A stretch of DNA of 45,499 nucleotides from Acidimicrobiales bacterium (GTDB taxonomy: Bacteria > Actinomycetota > Acidimicrobiia > Acidimicrobiales > JBEIGA01): assembly GCA_040382135.1 (NCBI GenBank), contig JBEIGA010000002.1:1-45499 (forward strand). Direction: 5' to 3'. The first letter of the stretch is position 1; each line of letters starts with the position of its first letter. Below the pieces are notes generated by a model. It saw only the letters and a program-made list of their open reading frames with translations, did no database searches and had not been told where the DNA came from. Below are positions 32,022 to 41,456 of this stretch, in pieces. The position numbers and the translations under genes were made by a program.

Positions 32022-33064
32022 GCCACACCCCCGACGCAGGCGAGCCGCACGCCCACGTCTCCACCGACGACCCCGTCGCAACGACCGACTTCGTCTCCAC
32101 CGGCAACCTCCCCCCGCCCGGCACCGTCGCCCGGTGGGTCGACGCCGCCTACGAGGAGCTCCGCGACCTCGACGCCGGCACGGTGTCCGAGGTGTACCCG
32201 GCGCTCGCCCAGGCCGACCCGAACCTGTTCGGCATCGCCGTGGTCGGGGTCGACGGGCGCTCGGCATCCGCCGGCGACACCGAGGCGCAGGTGACGATCA
32301 TGAGCGTCGCGAAGCCCTTCGTGTACGCGTTGGTGTGCGAAGCCCTCGGCGTCGACGCGGCCCGGGCGAGGATCGGAGCCAACCCCACCGGGCTGCCCTT
32401 CAACGCCACCGAGGCGGTCGAGCGCAGCCCCGACGGGCGCACCAACCCGATGGTCAACCCCGGCGCCATCGCGACGACGAGCCTCGTCCCCGGCCGCACC
32501 CCCGAGGAACGGTGGCGTCACATCGCCGACGGGCTCGCCCGGTTCGCCGGCCGCGACCTCGCGGTCGACGAGGGGACCTACGAGTCCGCGTCGGCGAGCA
32601 ACCTCCGGAACCGGGAGCTCGTGGCGCTCCTCGCCGAACGCGGAGCGATCCACGGCGACCCCGCCGCCGCCCTCGACACCTACACCCGACAGTGCTGCCT
32701 CGCCGTCAGCGCCTTCGACCTCGCCGTGATGGGGGCCACCCTCGCGGACGGCGGCGTGAACCCGATCACCGGGGACCGCGTGGTCGGTCAGGACGTGTGC
32801 CACGCCGTGCTCGCGGCCATGATCACCGCCGGCCTCTACGAGACCTCGGGTGACTGGCTCCACGACGTCGGCCTGCCGGCCAAAAGCGGCATCAGCGGCG
32901 GCATCGTCACCGTGTCCCCCGGCAAGGGCGGCCTCGGCACCGTCTCGCCGCCGCTGGACGCCGCCGGCAACAGTGTGCGCGGCGGGCTCGTGGCGCGCAC
33001 GCTCTCCCGGCGGCTCGGCCTCGACCTCCTCGCCTCGGCCCCGTTCGTCGGCCGGACCCCATGA
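32018..33064 (+). CDS. glsA: Glutaminase A
   Basis: GTGA overlap at 32018. IMSVAKPFVYALV (Ser-x-x-Lys), NPMVNPGAI and SGDWLHDVGLPAKSGISGGI. Confidence 0.9.
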   Translation: MSHTPDAGEPHAHVSTDDPVATTDFVSTGNLPPPGTVARWVDAAYEELRDLDAGTVSEVYPALAQADPNLFGIAVVGVDGRSASAGDTEAQVTIMSVAKPFVYALVCEALGVDAARARIGANPTGLPFNATEAVERSPDGRTNPMVNPGAIATTSLVPGRTPEERWRHIADGLARFAGRDLAVDEGTYESASASNLRNRELVALLAERGAIHGDPAAALDTYTRQCCLAVSAFDLAVMGATLADGGVNPITGDRVVGQDVCHAVLAAMITAGLYETSGDWLHDVGLPAKSGISGGIVTVSPGKGGLGTVSPPLDAAGNSVRGGLVARTLSRRLGLDLLASAPFVGRTP

Positions 33065-34812
33065 CGGGCGAGGAGACGGACCTGGCCCTGCTGCGGCGGT
33101 TCGAGCCGATCCTTCGCTTCAACAAGGGCGAACTGTTCCTGCCTGCGGCGGTGGACGAGTACGTGCGCTGCTGCGAACTGCTGAAGAGCGGTCCGAACCG
33201 CCGGCGGGCGGTGATCGCACCGAAGGGTTCGCTCACCATCGATCGGCTCGCCGAGCTCGGCGCCGACCACCCGCGGCCAGGGCAGTTCCTGCGGTTCGTC
33301 GACGCACCGTTCACCCGGGTCCAGGTCGCGAAGTGGCGGCTCCGCAGCGACCGACCGCGCTTCCACGACGCGAGCCGGCTCGCCCGTGTGGGGGTCTTCA
33401 GTCGGGGGCTCGACGCGCTCAGCCGCGCCAGCCTGATGTTCCGGGGGAAGAACGCGTCGGGCACGGAGGCGGCGGCCGAGACGCAGTACCGGACCCTGAT
33501 GCGCCCGGACCACCACCCCTATTACGGACGAGTGGTCCGCGACGGCGGCTACACGGTCCTGCAGTACTGGTTCTTCTACGTGTTCAACGACTGGCGGAGC
33601 CGCGTCTTCGGCGTGAACGACCACGAGGCGGACTGGGAGCAGGTCACCATCTACCTCGTCGGCGAGGACCACGACCTCCGTCCGGCCTGGGTGGTCTCGT
33701 CGGCGCACGACGAGGTCGGCGACGACCTCCGCCGCCGGTGGGACGACCCCGACGTGACCGTCGACGGTGAGCACGTGGTCATCCACCCCGGGCTCGGCTC
33801 CCACAGCGGCGCCTACCTCGCAGGCGAGTACCTCACCACCCACGACGCGCCGGCGTTCGCCCCTCTGCTCACGGCGACGCGTCGTATCTCGCGCGTCCTG
33901 CTCCCCTGGACCCGCGAGCAGGAGCAGGCGGGGCTGTCGATCCCCTACGTCGACTACTCGCGCGGCGACGGCACGGCGCTGGGGCCAGGGCAGGACCGAC
34001 CGTGGGAGCCGGTGCTCATCGACGACACCACCCCCTGGGTGCTCCACTACCGCGGCCTCTGGGGCAACGACACCCAGGACCCCTTCGGCGGCGAGCGGGG
34101 GCCCGCCGGCCCGCGCTACGAACGGTCCACCCGGGTCCGGGCATCCTGGGGTGACCCGGTCGGCTGGGCGGGGTTGCGAAAGATCCCACCGGACGCCGCC
34201 TCGGCCGCCGCCGCTCTGGTGGGACGGCTGGCGGAGATCGAGCAGGAGGTCGAACAGCTCGACACCAGGATCGATGCGCACCAGGACCGCCTCCGTGCCA
34301 CGGTGGCGAGCGGAGAGACCGTGCCCGCCGCCGAGGACGCCGCACTCGCCGCACTCGCCGTCGAGCGAGTCGCCCTCCACGACGAGCGACTCGTCCTGAC
34401 CCGACGGGTGGACCGGCCCCTACCCGTCACCGGCCCCCACGACCACCTCCGGCACCGCAGGGTGCCACTGCCCGCCGAGACGAAGGGCCGACGGCGCGTG
34501 CTGGCCATCTGGTCGGCGGTGAGCAGCTCGTTCGTCCTGTGCGTGGCCGTCGCGATGGTGCTCCAGCCCAGATGGACGGTGGCGACCACCGGTGCCGAAG
34601 CGGTCCTCCTGCTCTTCGCCCTCGAGGCACTGGCACGCAAGCAGTTCGTGCGGTTCACGCTCCTGGCCGGAGCGTTCGTCCTGGTCCTCGTCGTGGCGCT
34701 CGCCATCGCCACGGCACTCATCCGGGACTGGCGACTCGCCGTCGCCGTGCCGCTCGCCGTTGCTGCGGCTGCGCTGTTGCTCATCAACCTCCGCGAGCTG
34801 CTCCGTGACTGA
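33061..34812 (+). CDS. Uncharacterised membrane-anchored protein with N-terminal Vps62/DUF946-like domain, coiled coil and 3-4 C-terminal TM helices
   Basis: ATGA overlap at 33061, 583 aa. LLRRFEPILRFNKGELFLPAAVDEYV and YTVLQYWFFYVFNDW...VNDHEADWEQVTIYL. Heptad-like LAEIEQEVEQLDTRIDAHQDRL. Hydrophobic tail from aa 480. Confidence 0.75.
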   Translation: MTGEETDLALLRRFEPILRFNKGELFLPAAVDEYVRCCELLKSGPNRRRAVIAPKGSLTIDRLAELGADHPRPGQFLRFVDAPFTRVQVAKWRLRSDRPRFHDASRLARVGVFSRGLDALSRASLMFRGKNASGTEAAAETQYRTLMRPDHHPYYGRVVRDGGYTVLQYWFFYVFNDWRSRVFGVNDHEADWEQVTIYLVGEDHDLRPAWVVSSAHDEVGDDLRRRWDDPDVTVDGEHVVIHPGLGSHSGAYLAGEYLTTHDAPAFAPLLTATRRISRVLLPWTREQEQAGLSIPYVDYSRGDGTALGPGQDRPWEPVLIDDTTPWVLHYRGLWGNDTQDPFGGERGPAGPRYERSTRVRASWGDPVGWAGLRKIPPDAASAAAALVGRLAEIEQEVEQLDTRIDAHQDRLRATVASGETVPAAEDAALAALAVERVALHDERLVLTRRVDRPLPVTGPHDHLRHRRVPLPAETKGRRRVLAIWSAVSSSFVLCVAVAMVLQPRWTVATTGAEAVLLLFALEALARKQFVRFTLLAGAFVLVLVVALAIATALIRDWRLAVAVPLAVAAAALLLINLRELLRD

Positions 34813-34905
34813 TCGACCCGGCCCGAGGGCGGATCACCCGGATCGGATGAGCCGGACAGGGCCGCGGCACGCCAGTCTTCGGACGAGGACCGAAGGGAGG
34901 CATCG

Positions 34906-34965
34906 ATGATCCGAGCGCAGCCGGCCGTCGATGCGGTCACCCCCGGGAACGAGAAGGCCGGCTGA
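34906..34965 (+). CDS. Possible 19-codon upstream ORF/leader peptide (MIRAQPAVDAVTPGNEKAG)
   Basis: Strong SD AAGGGAGG at 34892-34899, 6 nt before ATG 34906. Stop TGA at 34963-34965 lies 2 nt before the SulP GTG at 34968. Confidence 0.3.
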   Translation: MIRAQPAVDAVTPGNEKAG

Positions 34966-36729
34966 CGGTGCGTCGGCTCCCGCCCGGCCTCACCCGCTTC
35001 CCGGTCTTCCGGCCGCGCTCGCTCGCGCGCCGCGACACGGTCAAGGACGACGCCATGGCGGGCCTCGTCCTCGGCGTCGAGAGCGTCCCCGACGGGCTGG
35101 CCAGCGGGCTGCTCGCCGGCGTCAACCCGGTCTGGGGCCTCTACGCCTACCTCTACGGGATGGTGGGCGGCGCCCTCTTCACCAGCACCACCTTCATGAC
35201 CGTGCAGGCGACCGGGGCGATGTCGATCATCGTCGCCGACGTCGATCTCGCGGGCCGACCCGATCCCGGACGGACCCTGTTCACCCTGTCGATCGCCACC
35301 GGTCTCGTGATGATCGTGGCCGGGGTCCTCCGTCTGGGCAGCTTCCTGCGGTTCGTCTCCAACTCGGTCATGACCGGCTTCATCACCGCGGTCGGCGTGA
35401 ACATCGTGCTCGGCCAGCTCCGGGACTTCACCGGCTACGCCGCCGACGGCTCCAACCGCCTGGTCCGTGCCGTCAACACCCTCCTCAACTTCTGGAAGAT
35501 CGACCTCCCCACGCTCACCGTCGGCGTCGTCACGATCGTCCTCATCGTCCTGCTCCTGAACACCCGGGTCGGAGCGCTCGGGTTCGTGGTCGCCGTTGTG
35601 GCGGGCTCGGCGCTCGCCGCGGTCTTCGAGGCCGTCGGGTGGGAGGTCGAGATCATCGGTGACATCGTCGACGTCCCCAGGGCGCTCCCGTTCATCACGG
35701 CTCCGGTGCTGCGGGACATCCCCGCCCTCATCGTCCCCGCGGCATCGCTCGCCTTCGTGGGTCTGGTCCAGGGAGCCGGCGTCTCGGCAGGCTTCCCGAA
35801 CGAGGACGGAACGCCGTCGGACACGTCGCAGGACTTCATCGGCCAGGGCGCCGGGAACATCCTGTCGGGACTGTTCCAGGGCATCCCGGTCGGCGGCTCC
35901 ATGTCGGCGAGCTCGCTCGCCGTCAGCGCAGGGGCACGGTCCCGCGCCGCGCTGCTCATCGGCGGCGGCGTGATGGCCGCCATCATCCTGCTGCTCGCCG
36001 ACGTGGTCCGGTACGTGGCCATGCCCTCGCTGGCCGGCCTGCTGATCGTCATCGGCTACTCGATCATCAAGCCCGCCCGGGTGCTCTCCGTCGCCCGGAC
36101 CGGCCGGGTGCCCCTCACGGTCATGAGCATCACGCTCCTGCTCACGATGGTCATCCCCCTGCAGTACTCCGTGCTCGTGGGCGTGGGGATCTCCGTCATC
36201 CTCTTCGTCGCCGGGCAGTCGAGCCGGCTGGTCACGAAGCGCCTCTTCATCCACGACGACGGCCGCGTCGAGCTCATGGATCCCCCCGAGAACGTCCCGC
36301 CCGGGGAGGTGATCGTGCTCCAGCCCTTCGGGTCGATCTTCTTCGCGTCCGCCCATGCGCTGCGCGACCAGCTCCCGAACGTCACCCCCGAGTCCCGCAA
36401 CGCCGTCGTGGTCCTGCGGATCCGCGGGGCGGACGACGCGGGCTCCACGATCATGAACGTGCTCGGCGAGTACGCCGGATCCCTGCGAGAGGTCGACAGC
36501 AGGTTGGCGGTGGTCACCGACAGCGACCGCGTGGAACGGCAGCTGGTCCTCACGGGCACGGTCGACATGATCGGGCCCGAGCGGTTGTACCGCAGCACCG
36601 TGTTCCTCGGCGAGACGACGCGCCGCGCCTTCGACGACGCGCGGCGGTGGATCGAGCTGCGACGGACCGGCGGGGAGGGTGTCGGCGACCCGCACGGCTC
36701 CGACCGTGAGCACGAGGAGGAGGGGGACG

Positions 36730-37251
<522 letters not shown>

Positions 37252-37260
37252 GCGCCCGGC

Positions 37261-37965
37261 TCAGCCGTCCGTCCGGACCGCCGCCTCGATCGAGCGGTGC
37301 CGGACGAGCAGCATGACGCTCGAGAGCCCGACCCAGCTCGGGAAGACCCAGGCGACCGTCTCGGACGGGAGCGGCGCGAGCATGAGGACCAACCCGGCCA
37401 CGTACCCCGCCACCACCAGGAAGCGCGGCATCACCGACGACAGCCGCGCGACGGTCGCTCCCGAGATGAGGAACACCGCCTGGAAGCGCACGGCGACGAC
37501 GGTGAACGCCGCGTGGCCGACGGCCTGCCAGGTGGAGGCACTCGCAGCGGTGGGCGACGCGCCGTTGAGGTAGGCGTCGAGCGCCGGTGCCGCGAACAGG
37601 AGCCCTCCGACGGACCACAGGCCCGTGGTCACCAGGGCGCTCCCGAGGAACACCGTCCCGAAGAAGGGGTTCTCCCGGCTCCCGACCCGCCGCCGGATCA
37701 CCGCGACGAACCAGAGGAACGCCACGCAGCCGACGGACAGGAAGTTCAACGCCGTCAGCGTGAGCCGCTGGTTCGCCGGATCCTCGTACCAGGCGGCCAG
37801 CCCGGGATCGTCCCCCGCAGGGGTTCGCAGGAGCAGCGACCGCGCCACGATCCAGCAGACCGTGTACACCAGCCCGGCCAGCGCCGCCGCCTCCACCGAA
37901 CGGGAGGCCGCGGCGAGACTGCGGAACCGGCTCGACGCCACCTCGGGATCGGGTGCCGCAGTCAC
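37261..37965 (-). CDS. Polytopic membrane protein of unknown function
   Basis: GTG 37965 forms a GTGA overlap with the upstream minus-strand stop (37962-37964). About 6 hydrophobic helices. Confidence 0.65.
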   Translation of the reverse strand: MTAAPDPEVASSRFRSLAAASRSVEAAALAGLVYTVCWIVARSLLLRTPAGDDPGLAAWYEDPANQRLTLTALNFLSVGCVAFLWFVAVIRRRVGSRENPFFGTVFLGSALVTTGLWSVGGLLFAAPALDAYLNGASPTAASASTWQAVGHAAFTVVAVRFQAVFLISGATVARLSSVMPRFLVVAGYVAGLVLMLAPLPSETVAWVFPSWVGLSSVMLLVRHRSIEAAVRTDG

Positions 37966-38792
37966 GACGGACCCGGGTCGGGGGTCGGCGGGGCGATGCG
38001 GAGGCGCAGCCGCGTGGTGGTCACCACCGAGTGCAGGCCGGCGGCCGAGGAGCGCACCCACTCCGCCGCTTCAGGTGTGGGACCGGCCGGCATCAGTGCC
38101 ACTGCGTCGACGGCGGCGTACAACTGGCTGAGCGGCCCCTGGAGCTGCCCGAGCGCCTGCTCGGACTCCGGATCCGGCGCCGACGCGAGCAGCTCGTCGA
38201 GCGCGACCGTCTGCTCGGCCAGGCGAGCGGCGTGCACCGGCGCAGCGACCCGGAGCCCCTCCGGTGTCAAGGCGGCGATCTGGACCGATTGGAGGTCGGC
38301 GTCCTCGACGAGGCGGCCGGCCCGGTCCGGCCACGGCGGTGTGGGAACGGCGGTCGGCTTCAGACGACGGGCCAGCAGGGCCATGCCGCCGATGGCCAGC
38401 ACGGCGAACGCCAGCACCCACGGCAGCCACCCCGTCCCACCGTCGTCCTCCTCCTCGGCCGGAGGCTGGGTCACCGGAGGCTCCACCACGGGTGGCTCGG
38501 TCTCCGGAGGCGCCGTGGCGGAAGGCTCCGTCGCGGGAGGTGCCGTCTCCGGCGGCGCGGTCTCCGGCGGTGCCGTCTCCGGAGGTGCCGTCTCCGGAGG
38601 CGCGGTCTCCGGAGGCGCGGTCTCCGGCGGAGCGGTCGCAGGAGGCTCCGTCTCCGGCGGTGCGACCTCCGGCGGCTGGGTCGCGCCCGGACGCGTGATC
38701 GAGGGAAGGCTGATCCCGCCTTCGTCGTCCGCGCACGCACCCACCGTCGCACCGAGGACCACCAACAGGACGAGAAGGTTCCGACCGCGCAT
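37962..38792 (-). CDS. Lipoprotein with (A/E)(T/V)(A/E)PP pentapeptide repeat array, TM segment and helical C-terminal domain
   Basis: ATG 38792 (MRGRNLLVLLVVLGATVGAC lipobox) inside ORF 37962..38858. 14 pentapeptide units, including ETAPP x6. Confidence 0.7.
   Translation of the reverse strand: MRGRNLLVLLVVLGATVGACADDEGGISLPSITRPGATQPPEVAPPETEPPATAPPETAPPETAPPETAPPETAPPETAPPETAPPATEPSATAPPETEPPVVEPPVTQPPAEEEDDGGTGWLPWVLAFAVLAIGGMALLARRLKPTAVPTPPWPDRAGRLVEDADLQSVQIAALTPEGLRVAAPVHAARLAEQTVALDELLASAPDPESEQALGQLQGPLSQLYAAVDAVALMPAGPTPEAAEWVRSSAAGLHSVVTTTRLRLRIAPPTPDPGPS
38460..38678 (-). repeat. 15-bp-period coding tandem repeat (about 14 units)
   Basis: The plus strand reads ggWggYgcSgtctcc units. 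Six central units are identical at protein level (ETAPP) but differ at synonymous sites. Confidence 0.9.
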
Positions 38793-38854
38793 CGGGCCGA
38801 TGCTGGTACGCCGACGAGTCCGTCGCACCACCCCATCCGGGCGAGATCTGCGGC

Positions 38855-39775
38855 TCATGCGGGGAACACCGTCGCCCAGTCGTCGCGGATGCTCGCCACG
38901 GTCCAGCCCTCACGCCGGGCGAGCTCGCGCATCGCGACCCGTCGACCGGTGGAGGCCTCGCTCCCCTCGTACGCGAACTCCCGCTCGGCGTCGTCGTGCT
39001 CCACGACGAGCGACAGCGACGGTCGGGCGCCGGTCGACGTCCAGACGAGCATCTCCGCGTCGCCGGCGGAGTTCCCGGCGGCGAACACCGGCCGACGGCC
39101 GACGTGCTGTTGGATCAGCCGGACCTTGGCCGCACCCTCGTTGACCTCCCCGGAGAGCGTCGCCGTCCGGACGAGCGTGGGTCCACCCTCCCCGACCAGG
39201 TACTCGTACCCGATGTGGGTGCCGATGACCCGTTCGGCGGGCACCCGGTAGAGGTCCCAGCTGATCGCACGGACGAACTCGGTCCCGCCGCCGGTGACGA
39301 TGAAGCTCGAGAACCCGTGGGCGTCGAGCGCCTCCAGGAGCTCGAGCATCGGCTGGTACACGGCGTCGCGCCACCGGCGGGCCAGCGTCGGGTGCTGCGC
39401 CGCCCCGACGTACGCCCGGACCCGTCCGGCGAAGACCTCCGGGGTCTGTCCGCCGAAGAGCTCCGCGAGGGCGAGACCGACGCGCTCCAGACCGAGCGCA
39501 CCCAGCGCCCGGGTGTCCCACGCCAGTGCCGCGGCGTACTCGGGTCGCTCGCCGAGCGTCGGATCCTGCGCCACCGCGGTCGCCAGTTCGTGGAGGAAGA
39601 AGCCGAGCTGGACGTACTGGGGCTCTTCACACCAGAGCGTCCCGTCGTTGTCGAGGACGGCGACCCGGTCCTCCTCGGGGATGTCCGCGCTGGACGCCAG
39701 GAACGCGAGGACGGCGTCCCGGGTCGGGCCCGGTCGCCAGGACGGGAGAACGTGCGGTCTTGCCGGGGCCGCCAT
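38855..39775 (-). CDS. HAD-superfamily (subfamily IB-like) hydrolase/phosphatase
   Basis: ATG 39775 preceded on the minus strand by gaaggagg. DxDxT motif VLDNDGTLW, IVTGGG and AAGNSAGD. Confidence 0.8.
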   Translation of the reverse strand: MAAPARPHVLPSWRPGPTRDAVLAFLASSADIPEEDRVAVLDNDGTLWCEEPQYVQLGFFLHELATAVAQDPTLGERPEYAAALAWDTRALGALGLERVGLALAELFGGQTPEVFAGRVRAYVGAAQHPTLARRWRDAVYQPMLELLEALDAHGFSSFIVTGGGTEFVRAISWDLYRVPAERVIGTHIGYEYLVGEGGPTLVRTATLSGEVNEGAAKVRLIQQHVGRRPVFAAGNSAGDAEMLVWTSTGARPSLSLVVEHDDAEREFAYEGSEASTGRRVAMRELARREGWTVASIRDDWATVFPA

Positions 39776-39951
39776 CGCCCCTCCTTCAGTCGGTTCACCG
39801 GTGCGCCGGCCGAACGGGGACATCCTGCCGATCGGCGGGTGCCGGCGGCTCGCCCGAGCCGGGTGAACCCTGGAGATCACCCGTCAAGGGTGAGGTGGCG
39901 GAGGTCGGTGGACGGTTGACTGACCCCCGCAGACGTCGCAGGAGGACTGCA

Positions 39952-41421
39952 GTGCGAATTGGCGCCCAGATCATCGGAGGCGGGCTCGCGCTCGCCCTGC
40001 TCGCCGGCGCGTGCGGGGACGACGACACGGCCGCAGCGCCGTCCGTCGAGGAGGCACGGGTCGCCTTCTGCGAGGCGAGCAGCGAGTACGTGGCGGCGCT
40101 CGACCAGTACGGCCGCCTCTTCGAGGACACCGGCGTGACCGTGGGCGACGTCCGCACCGACGGCGAGGCGCTGACCGAAGGCCGGGCGGAGGTCGAGGCG
40201 GCGGCGGAGGACCTGCGCGCGGCCATCGCCGCCGCCGAGGAGGCGGAGGAGACCGTCGATCCGGAGCTCGAGGTCGCGGTGTCCGCCGAGGCGATCGAGC
40301 GGCTCGAGACGTCCGAGGAGCGGTTCGCCGACACCCTCGCCTCGGTGGCCGACGACACCCCGCTCGACCAGGCGGTGATCGAGGTGTCGTCCGCGGCGTA
40401 CGAGCTCCAGATCTCGTGGCTGATCGTGCTCGCACAGGCCGGCTGCGTCGAGGACCTCGAGAACGTCATCCCGCAGATCGTCGAGTACGTCGCCGCGCTC
40501 CAGACCGATCTCCAGACGGCCGGCTTCTACGACGGTCCCATCGACGGCATCTACGGCCCCGAGACGGTCGCCGCGGTGAAGGCGCTCCAGGAACAGGCCG
40601 GGCTCCCGGTCACCGGGCTGATGGACCGGGCGAGCCAGGCGGCGCTCGCCGAACTGCTCACCGGTCAGTCGGCCTCGCAGGTGAAGGCACTCCAGGGTCT
40701 CCTCACCGGCCTGGGCTACTGGTCCGGACCGATCGACGGGGTGTGGACCGACGAGCTCGGCGTGGCCCTCGCCCGTCTCCAGTCCGACCTCGGCCTCGAG
40801 CCCACCGGCACGATCGACATCGCCACCCTCATCGCCATCCAGGAGGCGCTCGCCGCCGGCATGGGCGGCACCGAGAGCACGACGACCACGACGACGGCCA
40901 CGTCGACGACGGCGACGACCGCCCCGGGGAGCTCCACGTCCACGACGTCGGCGCCCGCCCCGACCACCCCGACCACGCCGCCGGCACCGCCCACCACCGC
41001 CCCCCCGCAGGGCTCCGGCACCGTGGTCGACGTGCTCACCGCTGACGGTCGGTTCACCACGCTGCTCGCAGCGGTCGAGGCGGCCGGTCTCGCCGACGAT
41101 CTCGCCGCGGCGGAGAACCTCACGGTCTTCGCCCCCACCGACGAGGCCTTCGCCGCCGTCCCGGAGGATCAGCTCGACGAGCTGCTCGCCGACCGGGCTG
41201 CGCTCACCGACCTCCTCCTCGGGCACGTGGTCCTCGGCGCACGGCTCTCCTCGGACTACCTGGCCGTTGCGGAGAGCGTGGTCACTGGTGCCGAACGTCC
41301 GATCACGGTCGAGGTGGACGGCGCCGACCTCACGCTCGACGGCTCGGCCCGCGTGGTCGAGGCCGACATCGAGGCGGACAACGGGCTCATCCACGCCATC
41401 GACGCGGTGCTCGCCGGCTGA
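39952..41421 (+). CDS. Lipoprotein with helical N-domain, two peptidoglycan-binding (PG_binding_1-like) repeats, Thr/Pro linker and C-terminal fasciclin (FAS1) domain
   Basis: GTG 39952 preceded by gcaggagga. Lipobox LALLAGAC. GFYDGPIDGIYGPETVAAVKALQ and GYWSGPIDGVWTDELGVALARLQ. FAS1 motifs TVFAPTDEAF and NGLIHAIDAVL. Confidence 0.85.
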   Translation: MRIGAQIIGGGLALALLAGACGDDDTAAAPSVEEARVAFCEASSEYVAALDQYGRLFEDTGVTVGDVRTDGEALTEGRAEVEAAAEDLRAAIAAAEEAEETVDPELEVAVSAEAIERLETSEERFADTLASVADDTPLDQAVIEVSSAAYELQISWLIVLAQAGCVEDLENVIPQIVEYVAALQTDLQTAGFYDGPIDGIYGPETVAAVKALQEQAGLPVTGLMDRASQAALAELLTGQSASQVKALQGLLTGLGYWSGPIDGVWTDELGVALARLQSDLGLEPTGTIDIATLIAIQEALAAGMGGTESTTTTTTATSTTATTAPGSSTSTTSAPAPTTPTTPPAPPTTAPPQGSGTVVDVLTADGRFTTLLAAVEAAGLADDLAAAENLTVFAPTDEAFAAVPEDQLDELLADRAALTDLLLGHVVLGARLSSDYLAVAESVVTGAERPITVEVDGADLTLDGSARVVEADIEADNGLIHAIDAVLAG

Positions 41422-41422
41422 A

Positions 41423-41456
41423 CCCCCGGCCGGGCCGTGAGGTCCGGCTCAGGGGG
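41423..41456. terminator. Candidate bidirectional terminator hairpin between convergent genes
   Basis: CCCCCggCCGG ... CCGGctcaGGGGG, an imperfect stem. It overlaps the minus-gene stop codon (41449-41451). Confidence 0.35.

Noticed and set aside
38460-38678. Regular 15-bp-period repeat array inspected as a possible CRISPR or other non-coding array.
   Set aside because: The period is far too short for repeat-spacer units and there are no unique spacers. The array is in frame inside a lipoprotein ORF, encoding pentapeptides.
39792-39869. GGTTCACC / GGTGAACC inverted repeat 62 nt apart, plus the TCACCC-gtcaa-GGGTGA hairpin, in the HAD/fasciclin divergent region. Considered as operators.
   Set aside because: These are short elements with chance-level expectation in GC-rich DNA. 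They have no second copy elsewhere in the window and no linked regulator.
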